Source: Pedosphaera sp.
GTDB lineage: Bacteria; Verrucomicrobiota; Verrucomicrobiia; Limisphaerales; SIBH01
DNA length: 30,655 nt
NCBI GenBank assembly: GCA_031414955.1
Contig: JANOQV010000033.1
Span: 1-30,655, forward strand
Direction of reading: 5' to 3'
The position numbers were made by a program, and so were the translations under genes. Below the pieces are notes generated by a model. The model did no database searches. It was not told where the DNA came from and saw only the letters and a list, made by a program, of their open reading frames with translations. Positions within the stretch are counted from its first letter, which is position 1; the number at the start of each line of letters is the position of its first letter. This document shows, piece by piece, positions 1 through 8,611 of the stretch.

Positions 1-1398
1 CACCACGGGCATTCGCGGATTACTCAAGTCGAGCACCTGCACGTCGCGCGAAAGATAGTTCGCCACGTAACCGCGCCGCCCATCCGCCGACACGACGATG
101 CCCTGCGGCGCGTGTCCAAGGTAAATGCGCGCGGCGAACGACACCGTGTTTCCGTCGCCCGGAGTGATGAGCGTGGCCGCCGACAAGTCGTAAACCGATA
201 GCGTGCCCGCCCCCTGATGCGTGACGAAAGCCCAGCGCCCGCTCGGCGAGAAGGCGATGGCCGACACGCTGTCCGAATCATTCGCGTCGATGCGCCGGTC
301 AAGTTCTTCGGTCGCGCTCGCGAGGTTCACTTTGCCGAAGAATCCGCGCGTCGTGTTCTCAGGACGCGGCATCTCGCCATTCACGAACAAGCCGCGCCCG
401 GTGTTGGCCTTTAATCCGCCAAACCAAGCCGCGCGACCCGCCGGGTCAATCGCGACTGCCGACAGCATGTTTGGAAAGCCGCCGCCGGATGAAGTGGTGT
501 CGGGACTCGCGTCCACCACGAGCGGAACGGCGCGAGGCACAGCCAAGGTCGTCAAATCAACCTCCGTCACGGTGCCCGCTGCGCCGCGCGTCAGGAAGTG
601 CGTCACGTAAGCGAAGCGCCCGTCCGCCGAGATGGCCACGGCGCGGGGCGTCTCGGCTACGCGGAGAATTTTCTTCGCGACGAGAGCGGGTGAAATCACC
701 GTCACCGTGCCGTCGCCCTCGTTCGACACGAGAATCCGCCCGTCGCCCGGCGACACCGCCACGCCGTATGGCTTGTGACCGACGGCGACGCGACGCACGA
801 CGTTGCGCGCGGCGGTATCCAACACCCACAGTTCGTTCGTGCCCTGACACGCGACATACACCCGCCCACCATCCGGGCTGAACGCCAGCGTGCGCGGGTG
901 CCGTCCCACGGGAACTTCCGCGAGTTTGACGATTCCGTTCGAGTTCACGCCCATCACTGACACCGAGTTCGCGTCGGGATTCACCACCCACAATTCCGTT
1001 CCCGCAGGATTCAGCGCGAGCAGACTGCTTTTCGCGGGCGGCGTGGCCGTGGGCGGAGCGAGCACATGCACGACTACCGTGTCGATGGCGGCGTCTGCTC
1101 CATCGCTCACCGTCAGTGACACGCGATACGCGCCAGCGTTGGTGTAGGCGTGCAGTGGATTCGCGTTGGTCGAAGTTGCTCCGTCCCCAAAGTCCCAAAC
1201 GAAACTGAGCGGCTGCGGCCCTTCATCCGGGTCAATCGACTCCGCGCTGGAAAACACGGTGGGCTGGCCGAGAAACACTTCTTCCGTCACCGGCGTTGCG
1301 CGAGCGATGGGCGAAAAGTTCTGCGCCATCACGGACATGGCGGAGACGAAGGGCAGAAGAGCAAGGGTGATGGCGAAACAAGTCGCCCTTGCTTTCAC
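1..1398 (-). CDS. Secreted PKD-domain + YVTN-type beta-propeller protein (partial, runs off the left edge)
   Basis: Manual translation of the minus strand is open from GTG 1398 (or TTG 1407) to position 1. It shows a signal-like N-terminus (KARATCFAITLALLPFVSAMSVMAQ), a PKD motif (FVWDFGDGATSTNANPLHAYTNAGAYRVSLTVSDG) and propeller repeats (VPVGRHPRTLAFSPDGGRVYVA, VAVGHKPYGVAVSPGDG, LGHAPQGIVVSADGRRGYVANYLS). Not in the ORF track because it has no stop in the window. Confidence 0.88.
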   Translation of the reverse strand, partial: MKARATCFAITLALLPFVSAMSVMAQNFSPIARATPVTEEVFLGQPTVFSSAESIDPDEGPQPLSFVWDFGDGATSTNANPLHAYTNAGAYRVSLTVSDGADAAIDTVVVHVLAPPTATPPAKSSLLALNPAGTELWVVNPDANSVSVMGVNSNGIVKLAEVPVGRHPRTLAFSPDGGRVYVACQGTNELWVLDTAARNVVRRVAVGHKPYGVAVSPGDGRILVSNEGDGTVTVISPALVAKKILRVAETPRAVAISADGRFAYVTHFLTRGAAGTVTEVDLTTLAVPRAVPLVVDASPDTTSSGGGFPNMLSAVAIDPAGRAAWFGGLKANTGRGLFVNGEMPRPENTTRGFFGKVNLASATEELDRRIDANDSDSVSAIAFSPSGRWAFVTHQGAGTLSVYDLSAATLITPGDGNTVSFAARIYLGHAPQGIVVSADGRRGYVANYLSRDVQVLDLSNPRMPVV

Positions 1399-1442
1399 AA
1401 GGTTCAAATCGCTGCTGATTGACGGCGAGGACATCACAGATT

Positions 1443-2378
1443 TCAACGGTGCGGCGCTCCGGTGTCGTTTGGGCTGGCGACCAGCTTGAGGCGCGGCGCG
1501 ACCAGCGCGTGGAAGCCAGCGTGAACCATGATTTCCGCGCCGTCGGCCCGGCTTTTCAGGAGCACCTGTCCGTCGGTCACGATAAGACGGGTGCGGTGAG
1601 CGTCGGTGGAGATTTGGAGCGTCGTGCCGACCACGACGGCCTCAGCCTCCGGGGTGATGAACACGAACGACTGCCGGGGCGGTTGCTTCTTCACGACGCT
1701 TTGCAACTCGCCGTGTTCCAACTCCACGCGCTGACCGTTCGCGTCCGGTTGATTCACGGCCACGCTATTGCCTCCGAAATCGAGGCGCGTGCCATCACTG
1801 AACGTCACGGTGACGGCGCTCTTCGCTCCAACGGTTTTCAGCGTCTCACCGCGCGACCACGATTGTCCGGGCTTTAGCTGGCGCTCGCCCGCGTTCCCAA
1901 CCAAGCGCACTTCACCTTGCACCGACGCAACGGATGCGGCTTCGGGAGTGGGGCCACGATTCACAAACCAGACTGCCGCCAAGCTGGCGAACACGAGAAA
2001 GACCGCCGCCCACGCCAACGCCCGCAGCATGGGCGCTCTCCGGCGGGCCAGCGGACGCGCGGCGTTCAGCATGGGCGGTGATGAACGAGTCGGGTCAGTC
2101 CGCTCCACGATTTTCAACCGGAGGCCATGCACAGGCTGCGCGGCGCGCAGGTGTTTCTCGATGTCGGTTCGCACGAGTTCCACCATTGCCTCGTCTGGCA
2201 CGGGCGCGGCCAGCACTCCGGCAATTTCGGAATTGAGCCGCGTCATTTCTAAAAAGCGCGCGGCCAGCGGCGGCTCCGCCAGCAACGCGACCAACTCGGC
2301 GGCATCGAAGTCCGCCAGCGCGTCGTCGAGGTAGCGCGACACCAGTTCGTCAAGGCGTGATGGTTCGGCGGCGCTCAT
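1443..2378 (-). CDS. FecR-domain anti-sigma factor / transmembrane sensor
   Basis: N-terminal cytoplasmic helix (LDELVSRYLDD), one TM segment (ALAWAAVFLVFASLAAVWFV) and FecR motifs (VTFSDGTRLDFG, TPEAEAVVVGTT). Overlaps the stop of the ECF gene. Confidence 0.88.
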   Translation of the reverse strand: MSAAEPSRLDELVSRYLDDALADFDAAELVALLAEPPLAARFLEMTRLNSEIAGVLAAPVPDEAMVELVRTDIEKHLRAAQPVHGLRLKIVERTDPTRSSPPMLNAARPLARRRAPMLRALAWAAVFLVFASLAAVWFVNRGPTPEAASVASVQGEVRLVGNAGERQLKPGQSWSRGETLKTVGAKSAVTVTFSDGTRLDFGGNSVAVNQPDANGQRVELEHGELQSVVKKQPPRQSFVFITPEAEAVVVGTTLQISTDAHRTRLIVTDGQVLLKSRADGAEIMVHAGFHALVAPRLKLVASPNDTGAPHR

Positions 2379-2935
2379 GGCGTTTCAAGGGAGAGGCGTT
2401 TCTTCACGCAATCAGCCAGCCGTTGCCGAATCCGATACAGGAACATCCGTGCCGCCTCCGCGCCACGGCCCAGTTGCTCGCCAATGGCCGCGAGCGGAAG
2501 TTCCTGCACGAAGCGCGACTCGACGACCGCCTGCTCGTGCGGACTGAGTTGTTCCAAACATTGCCGCAGGGCCGCGAGTCTCCGGTCGTCGTCATCAGGC
2601 CGGAGGTCGAAGGAGGCGAGTTCCAGTTCAGCGCGCTTCTCTTCGAGCAGTCGGCCAGCGAGCCGCGCCTGACTCTGATAACGCCGCCACTCGTTTCGAC
2701 AATGGTTCAGCGCAATTCCTTTCAGCCAAGGGAAGACACTTGCGCCCAACCGGAAGCCTTCGAGGTTCTGAAAAGCCGCGACAAACGTCTTCTGCACGAT
2801 GTCCTTGGCCTCCGTGTCATCTGCGACCTTGCCGACGACGAAGTAATACAACGTGCGTTGATAGCGTTCCACCAGCAGCGCGAAGGCGTCGCTGTCTCCC
2901 GTCCGCACGGCGGCAATGATTTCCGAGTCGTTCAT
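2375..2935 (-). CDS. ECF (sigma-70 family) RNA polymerase sigma factor
   Basis: GDSDAFALLVERYQ, DIVQKTF, WLKGIALNHCRNEWRR and a region 4 (CLEQLSPHEQAVV...RIRQRLADCV). Start placed at ATG 2935 (MNDSEII). Confidence 0.93.
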   Translation of the reverse strand: MNDSEIIAAVRTGDSDAFALLVERYQRTLYYFVVGKVADDTEAKDIVQKTFVAAFQNLEGFRLGASVFPWLKGIALNHCRNEWRRYQSQARLAGRLLEEKRAELELASFDLRPDDDDRRLAALRQCLEQLSPHEQAVVESRFVQELPLAAIGEQLGRGAEAARMFLYRIRQRLADCVKKRLSLETP

Positions 2936-3094
2936 CTGACTTGCTAGAGTAGATTGTAGCCGAAGGTCAAAACCGCACGCGGATTTTGCAGCCATCTGCG
3001 ATGCACCTGATTTCCGATGCCCCCAACGCGGCAACGTCTGCCGGACGTAGAGTGCCCGCCGAACAACCGGCGAGCACTCGTAGCCGTCCAACTT

Positions 3095-3958
3095 TTACGC
3101 AAGCTCGCCCATCTTGCCGAGTTGGTAGTCCTCGAACGCCTGCTGGATTTCGGCGCGGCTGTTCATCACGAACGGGCCGTGTCCGACGACCGGCTCGGCG
3201 ATGGGTTCACCGCCCATGACCAGCAGCTTGGCGTCGGTGCTCGCCTTCACGGTGATGCCGGTGCCAGCGGGGGCGAAGATGGCCAAGTCGCCTTCACCGC
3301 TTTCGCGCTCACCGTTCAGGACGACTTTGCCACTCAGCACGAGCAGCGTAGTGGTGTGGCCGTCTGGTAGCGGCAATTCCGCTGAACCGCCCGCCCGGAG
3401 ATTCACGTCCCACAGATTGATGGATGTGAAGGTCTTCGCCGGGCCTTTGTGCCCAGCGTAGTCTCCGGCGATGACGCGCACTGCGCCTGCCTCTTGCGGC
3501 AACGCCACGCTTGGAATCTGCGCGTTTAGCAAGGTCTGGTAGCCGGGCTGGGCGCTCTTGTCCTTCGCCCGCAGGTTCACCCAGAGTTGCACCATTTGCA
3601 GGGTGCCGCCCTTCTTCGTGAAGTCGGTCGAGTGAAATTCCTCGTGGACGATGCCGTTGCCCGCCGTCATCCACTGCACGTCACCCGCGCCGATTTTTCC
3701 ACCGCCGCCGCTTGAGTCACGGTGTTCCAGTTCGCCTTGGTAGGCGACGGTCACGGTTTCAAAACCCTTGTGCGGATGAGCGCCGACGCCGCGCTTCTCG
3801 GTGCCGGGCGGGAACTGATACGGCGCGGCGTAGTCGAGCAGCAGGAACGGAGACAACTCGCGACCGAGGCCGTTGTAGTCAAACACGGAGCGCACGGGGA
3901 AGCCGTTGCCGACCCAGTGCATTCCCGAACTCTGATGGATGCGAAGTAGCTTTTTCAT
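3095..3958 (-). CDS. Pirin family protein
   Basis: PFLLLDY, HPHKGFETVT, VQWMTAGNGIVHEE, QLWVNL and GPFVMN motifs. Start at ATG 3958 (MKKLLRIH). Confidence 0.96.
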   Translation of the reverse strand: MKKLLRIHQSSGMHWVGNGFPVRSVFDYNGLGRELSPFLLLDYAAPYQFPPGTEKRGVGAHPHKGFETVTVAYQGELEHRDSSGGGGKIGAGDVQWMTAGNGIVHEEFHSTDFTKKGGTLQMVQLWVNLRAKDKSAQPGYQTLLNAQIPSVALPQEAGAVRVIAGDYAGHKGPAKTFTSINLWDVNLRAGGSAELPLPDGHTTTLLVLSGKVVLNGERESGEGDLAIFAPAGTGITVKASTDAKLLVMGGEPIAEPVVGHGPFVMNSRAEIQQAFEDYQLGKMGELA

Positions 3959-4138
3959 AATCTCGTCTTTCTCGTTTCTGTGTTCAGTCTTCTGTTCACG
4001 CCCGCACCGTAGCTCTGCAACCGCCGCACTCGGAAATACCATGTTGCTTCGGTGAGCATACCTTTGCCGTTGGCTCCACAAAGCGAACTGGCGGAGTGCG
4101 CCGTGACACGCACACCCCGCCAGCCGCAGTCGTCGTGA

Positions 4139-4771
4139 TTACTTCTTCGCCGCCTTGCCCGCCATGTAGCTCGTGATGAGGCAGCGGTAGGAGGGCAGGT
4201 GATTCGAGAAGAGTGCGCCCAGTCCCTCGATGTCGTTGCGCCAGTCGCGGTGCAGTTCGCACGCGACGCCGAACTAACTCATCAACTGGCAGCCCGCCTG
4301 TTCCATGCGCGACCACGCCGCATCACGGGTCGTCTTGTTGAACGTGCCGGAGGCGTCGGTGACGACGAATACTTCGTAGCCTTCCTCACGGGCGGACAGC
4401 GCCGGAAACGCGACGCACACTTCTGTCACGATGCCCGCGATGAGCAACTGCTTTTTGCCCGTGGCTTTCACCGCCTTCACGAAGTCCTCGTTGTCCCAAG
4501 CGTTGATGTTGCCGGGACGGGCGATGTAGGGCGCGTCCGGGAACAGCGCCTTCAACTCCGGCACGAGCGGCCCGTTGGGGCCATCCTCGAAGCTCGTGGT
4601 GAGGATGGTCGGCAGCTTGAAGTATTTCGCCGCGTCGGCCAGCGCAAGGACGTTGTTCTTGAAGTCGTCCGGCGAGAAGTCTCGCACGCAGTTGGTCAGG
4701 CCGGATTGATGGTCAACGAGCAGCACGGCCACGTTGTTCTTGTCGAGACGGTTGTATTTGAACGCACTCAT
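4139..4771 (-). pseudogene. ycaC: YcaC-like isochorismatase-family hydrolase interrupted by an in-frame TAG (4274-4276)
   Basis: [20 protein letters not shown] and [17 protein letters not shown] motifs. After the TAG the same frame continues [36 protein letters not shown]...KK to TAA at 4139-4141, matching the YcaC C-terminus, where Trp (TGG) is expected at the stop position. Confidence 0.88.
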
Positions 4772-4871
4772 GGTGATTCCTTTGTTTGTTTGTTGTGTTG
4801 TTCGATTGGGAACGGGCCGCAGTCTGCCCCTTTGCGGCGCACCGGGGAAATGCCTTGTTGCTTGGCTCATC

Positions 4872-4886
4872 ATTCCCGCCGGGTAT
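4872..4886. promoter_or_regulatory. Putative LysR-type binding site (ATTC-N7-GTAT)
   Basis: ATTCCCGCCGGGTAT is a T-N11-A dyad one mismatch from the BenM/CatM-type ATAC-N7-GTAT box, lying between the divergent hydrolase and LysR genes. Confidence 0.55.
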
Positions 4887-4897
4887 GCTCGCTGGAA

Positions 4898-5794
4898 ATG
4901 GAACTCCGCCACTTGCGCTACTTCGTGGCCGTCGCCGAAGAGCAGAACGTCACCCGTGCGGCGGCGCGGTTGCACGTTTCCCAGCCGCCGTTAAGCAGGC
5001 AGATTCGTGACCTCGAAGATGAGCTTGGCGTGGCGCTGTTCGACCACGGTGCGAAGTCCGTGCGACTGACCGAAGCAGGCCGGGTGTTCCTCAACGAAGC
5101 CCGCGCCGTCCTGCAACGCACGAACGAAGCCGTTCAGACGGTGAAGGCCGTGGCGTCAGGAGAGCGCGGTGAAATCCACGTCGCCTACGCGCCGTCCCTG
5201 ACCGTTGAACTGCTGCCCCGTGTGCTGCGCGATTTTCAGGAAGCCAGTCCCGGCGTGCGCGTGGTGCTGCACGACCTCTCCACGCAGGAGATGCTGCGCG
5301 GGCTACGCGACGGGAAGATTCATGTCGCGTTGCTGGTGGAACTGTCCAAGCAGGTGTTGGCCGGACTGGTCTTCGAGGAACTTTGCCGTTACGCGGTCTG
5401 CATCGCCGCACACCCGTCGCATCCACTGGCGCGGTCGAAGAAGGTGACCGTCGAACAGGTCGCCAAGGAAAGGTTGGTCGCCTACTGCCTCGCCGACTAT
5501 CCCGAATATCATGCGTGGCTCGCCGACCTGTTCGCGACCGTGAGACTGCCGGTGCAGATTGCCGAGGAACACGAAGGCTCCACCAGCCTCATCGCCGCTG
5601 TCGAAGCGGGCCGGGGTGTCGCCTTGGTTCAGGAAGGCTTCAAATGCTTTGCTGGCCCACGACTGAAAGTGCGCCGACTCACGCCCGCACCGCCGCCGTT
5701 TGTTCTTGGCGTCGCGTGGCGCAAAGGCAAGCAGTCGGCAGCCGTAGACAATTTCGTTGCCGCCGCCCGACGTGCCAAGTCGGCCAAAGTCTGA
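4898..5794 (+). CDS. LysR family transcriptional regulator (AlsR/CatM/BenM-like)
   Basis: [51 protein letters not shown] plus a substrate-binding domain; 298 aa from ATG 4898. Confidence 0.96.
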   Translation: MELRHLRYFVAVAEEQNVTRAAARLHVSQPPLSRQIRDLEDELGVALFDHGAKSVRLTEAGRVFLNEARAVLQRTNEAVQTVKAVASGERGEIHVAYAPSLTVELLPRVLRDFQEASPGVRVVLHDLSTQEMLRGLRDGKIHVALLVELSKQVLAGLVFEELCRYAVCIAAHPSHPLARSKKVTVEQVAKERLVAYCLADYPEYHAWLADLFATVRLPVQIAEEHEGSTSLIAAVEAGRGVALVQEGFKCFAGPRLKVRRLTPAPPPFVLGVAWRKGKQSAAVDNFVAAARRAKSAKV

Positions 5795-5808
5795 GAGGAA
5801 CCAGCCGC

Positions 5809-6699
5809 ATGGACTCTGTGCAACTGCGCCTCTTCCCTGCACCGAAGCCGCTGGTCGAGCGGCTCGGCGTGGAGTTCTTTCGGCGCGTGCCCGATGCGCC
5901 CGGCGTCTACCTGATGGCGGATGAGTTCGAGCGGCTGCTCTATGTCGGCAAGGCCAAGAGCTTGCGGGCACGGCTCAACTCTTACCGGCACGTCCAACCG
6001 GAACGCGCCTCGCGCAAAGTGGTGCGCCTCATTCATGCTGTGCGGTCGGTGGTCTGGGAAATCTGCGCGTGTCCGAACTCGGCGCTGCTCCGTGAGAACG
6101 AGCTTCTTCGACTACACAAACCGAAGTTCAACGTAATGAACACGCGCCCGGAACACTACTCGTTCATCGGGGTGCGTGAATCCGTAGACGAGATTCATTT
6201 GCGACTGACCAAGCAGCCAGAGCCGATGCCCGGTGAGACTTTGCACGGCGCGTTCAAGTCGCTGGGCCGTGTGCGTGCTGGCTTCGCAGCATTGCTGCGC
6301 CTGCTCTGGGCCACGGAGAAACTGCCTGTTTCCGTCTACGACTTTCCACTGCCGCTGGTCGCTGAACGCTGCCCGGAAGAGTTCACGCTTCGGATGCTTC
6401 GGTCGGATGCGGTGGAAGTTGCCGTCCTGCTGCGGCGGATGCTTGATGGTCGTGACGATGACCTCATCCAGCAGTTCGAGCGTGTCGCGACACTAGCGAA
6501 CGACGCGGCGCTTTGCTTACAACGGCTCCACGAAGCCGATGTCGCGACATTGAAACTGTTCCATCAATTTGGCCCAGCCCGGAACCGGAGCCTGCGCGAT
6601 GTTTTCGTCTACGAGCATGATGTCATCGCACAGGATGAACTCGACGACCTGCTGGTTTTGGCTCCCACGCCGCCGTGCCCGACGCAGCGAAGCGCCTGA
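5809..6699 (+). CDS. GIY-YIG nuclease family protein (UvrC/Cho-like N-terminal domain)
   Basis: PDAPGVYLM...LLYVGKAKSLRARLNSY...ALLRENELLRLHKPKFN is a UvrC-type GIY-YIG domain; the C-terminal half is not recognised. Confidence 0.85.
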   Translation: MDSVQLRLFPAPKPLVERLGVEFFRRVPDAPGVYLMADEFERLLYVGKAKSLRARLNSYRHVQPERASRKVVRLIHAVRSVVWEICACPNSALLRENELLRLHKPKFNVMNTRPEHYSFIGVRESVDEIHLRLTKQPEPMPGETLHGAFKSLGRVRAGFAALLRLLWATEKLPVSVYDFPLPLVAERCPEEFTLRMLRSDAVEVAVLLRRMLDGRDDDLIQQFERVATLANDAALCLQRLHEADVATLKLFHQFGPARNRSLRDVFVYEHDVIAQDELDDLLVLAPTPPCPTQRSA

Positions 6700-6737
6700 C
6701 ATTCGACTTGGGCACGGAGGTTGTATACCGTGGCAGC

Positions 6738-7466
6738 GTGAACGATTCAGAGCCGTTGCAGTTTAGTTACCGGGTGCCGTGCCCGCCGGACGGGAAAGTA
6801 GTCGAACTGACTGACGACCAGATGGAGCGCCTGCTGGTGAAGGAGTTGCAGGAGGCCAAAGCCCACCCCACGCAGCCAATGTGGAAGCTGGCCATCTTTT
6901 ACCGTTCGCAAGGCAATCTCGACCGTGCCATTGCGCTCTTCCGCGACTTGTTGCTGCGCGTCCCCAACCTCGAATCCAAGGCGCAAATCATTTTCTCACT
7001 TGGGCAGACGGCGGAGAAAGCCAGCGACTTTGATTTGGCCGTGCGTTTCTACCGGGAGGCGCTCGGCATGGAGCCGTGCAGCCCGTTCACTTGGTATTTC
7101 ATCCACAACAACTTGGGCTACTCCCTGAATCAACTGTGCCGGTATGGGGAAGGCGCGGACTACTGCCGCCGCGCCATCACTATCAGCCAGCAGCCGCCCA
7201 ACGGGCACAAAAACCTTGGCCTTGCGCTGACTGGACTGGGCCGATACCGCGAAGCCGCCGAGGCATTTATCCGGGCCACGCAAGCCAATGCCTCAGACGC
7301 CCGCTCGCTGCGGCACCTTGAAGCCTTGCTGTCCGAGCACCCGGAGCTTGAGTTCGAGTTTAGCAAGGCCGTGGCCGCGTGCCGGGAGGCTGTGGCCGTG
7401 GCCAGAGACGCCGCCGAGAAAGCCGAGGCGGCTTGGCGAACTGTTGCAAAGCAAAAAAGCTGCTGA
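6738..7466 (+). CDS. Tetratricopeptide repeat protein
   Basis: Several TPR-like units (LAIFYRSQGNLDRAIALFRDLL, LGQTAEKASDFDLAVRFYREAL, HNNLGYSLNQL, HKNLGLALTGLGRYREAAEAF). Start uncertain (GTG 6675, GTG 6738 or ATG 6822). Confidence 0.85.
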   Translation: MNDSEPLQFSYRVPCPPDGKVVELTDDQMERLLVKELQEAKAHPTQPMWKLAIFYRSQGNLDRAIALFRDLLLRVPNLESKAQIIFSLGQTAEKASDFDLAVRFYREALGMEPCSPFTWYFIHNNLGYSLNQLCRYGEGADYCRRAITISQQPPNGHKNLGLALTGLGRYREAAEAFIRATQANASDARSLRHLEALLSEHPELEFEFSKAVAACREAVAVARDAAEKAEAAWRTVAKQKSC

Positions 7467-7476
7467 ACAAGTGCGG

Positions 7477-8010
7477 CTACCGAGCGAGCGCGAGTTCGTG
7501 TTCGTCTACATTTTCAAAGGGCAGGTCTTCGATGACGAACGGTTCAGGAATGTCGTAGAGGATTTCACTGCGCGTTCCGTCTGGATGCCAAACCACTTTC
7601 CCCGGCACACCTTCATTGGACAACCACGACAGCGTGACCTCGGCGCGGCGTATGCCGACCGATGGGCTTTCCCGGTCGAGCCGGACGCCGTGGGTGCGAA
7701 ACAATGACCGCAGGTCGCGCATATCCGCACGCACGTCCTCGGCCAGTCTCACGGAGCTTCGTGTAACCTTCGCAATCCAGACCGGGTGGGTCGCCAGTAA
7801 CTCGATGGAGCGCGGACGGAAACCTGCGCTCGTCAGGATGCCCATGAGAAAGAGATGCCGCTCGAACAAGGAGCAGCAGCGTTCAACAACCGCTTTTGTG
7901 TCTGTGACTTCATCCGCGTCGTTTGGGTCTGGCGTCCAGTCCACGTCCACGAGTTCTGTTAGTTTGAAGTCCTCATCCAGTGTCTCGATGTGCGCGGTGT
8001 GTGGCATCAT
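7477..8010 (-). CDS. Hypothetical protein
   Basis: ~177-aa ORF with protein-like composition and an acidic N-terminus, convergent with the TPR gene; no family recognised. Confidence 0.55.
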   Translation of the reverse strand: MMPHTAHIETLDEDFKLTELVDVDWTPDPNDADEVTDTKAVVERCCSLFERHLFLMGILTSAGFRPRSIELLATHPVWIAKVTRSSVRLAEDVRADMRDLRSLFRTHGVRLDRESPSVGIRRAEVTLSWLSNEGVPGKVVWHPDGTRSEILYDIPEPFVIEDLPFENVDEHELALAR

Positions 8011-8059
8011 CCTGGTATACACCTTCGGTCAAGCCTCGCCATTCGGGCGCTGAATCTTC

Positions 8060-8078
8060 ACCTGACAAAACCTGACAA
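8060..8078 (+). repeat. Tandem direct repeat ACCTGACAA x2 (possible integrase arm-type sites)
   Basis: ACCTGACAA at 8060-8068 and 8070-8078, with a third ACCTGACA at 8302-8309. Related ATGGCAG copies at 8120, 8131 and 8354. Confidence 0.55.
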
Positions 8079-8161
8079 CTAACTTTCGGAAATACCGTGC
8101 CAATTTTCGGGTTGGCTGGATGGCAGACCGATGGCAGTATACGAAAAATATGCGGAAATCA

Positions 8162-8183
8162 GCCAGTTTCATGGGAAACTGGC
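8162..8183. repeat. Perfect 9-bp inverted repeat (hairpin)
   Basis: GCCAGTTTC-ATGG-GAAACTGGC. Confidence 0.7.
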
Positions 8184-8216
8184 AGATTGAAAGCGGTGCC
8201 TCGGCCATCCGAGGTA

Positions 8217-8244
8217 GAGGGTTCGATTCCCTTCACCCGCTCCA
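8217..8244 (+). mobile_element. 3' fragment of a tRNA-Gly gene; probable att-site core of an integrative element
   Basis: GAGGGTTCGATTCCCTTCACCCGCTCCA gives a T-arm, the 3' acceptor strand, a U discriminator and CCA, as in tRNA-Gly. No D-arm or canonical 7-nt anticodon loop lies upstream. Confidence 0.75.
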
Positions 8245-8611
8245 ATCTGCCAGCCTTAATTGCAAGCGCTTACACGAACTCAAGGCGTGTCGGCAGCCCT
8301 TACCTGACAGTTGGGGCCGGAATTTCGCAAACCATCACGTTCTTGGAGGACGTATGGCAGACGTGATATTTCCTCTGCGCGTCAAACGCGGTTCGTGCCG
8401 CGTGACCAGCCCAGACCCGCGAGCGTGCGCTACGCGCACCATCGCGGGACTGGTGCTTTCGCACGGCCCCCAGGGCCTGACTCGACGACCTGAGCCGGTG
8501 CGTCCACTCCGTTCCGTTTCTCGCTTCGCAGGTTTCGCGACCAAGCTCAGTCGCGAGACAGGCAGAGGCATCGCTGGGCGAGCACGGCATCGGATGCCGG
8601 CCTCGCTTCGC

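Noticed and set aside
4274..4276. Pyrrolysine or genome-wide TAG recoding
   Set aside because: The position corresponds to Trp (TGG to TAG), purM and fmt terminate at TAG, and no pyl genes are in the window.
4199..4897. Long N-terminal extension on the LysR ORF (and on the GIY-YIG, nnr and TPR/monooxygenase ORFs)
   Set aside because: The extensions overlap neighbouring genes or repeats and lack protein-like features; downstream starts fit the family N-termini.
8193..8244. Functional canonical tRNA-Gly gene
   Set aside because: Only ~52 nt, with no D-arm, no 7-nt anticodon loop and a bulged acceptor stem; treated as a fragment or mimic.
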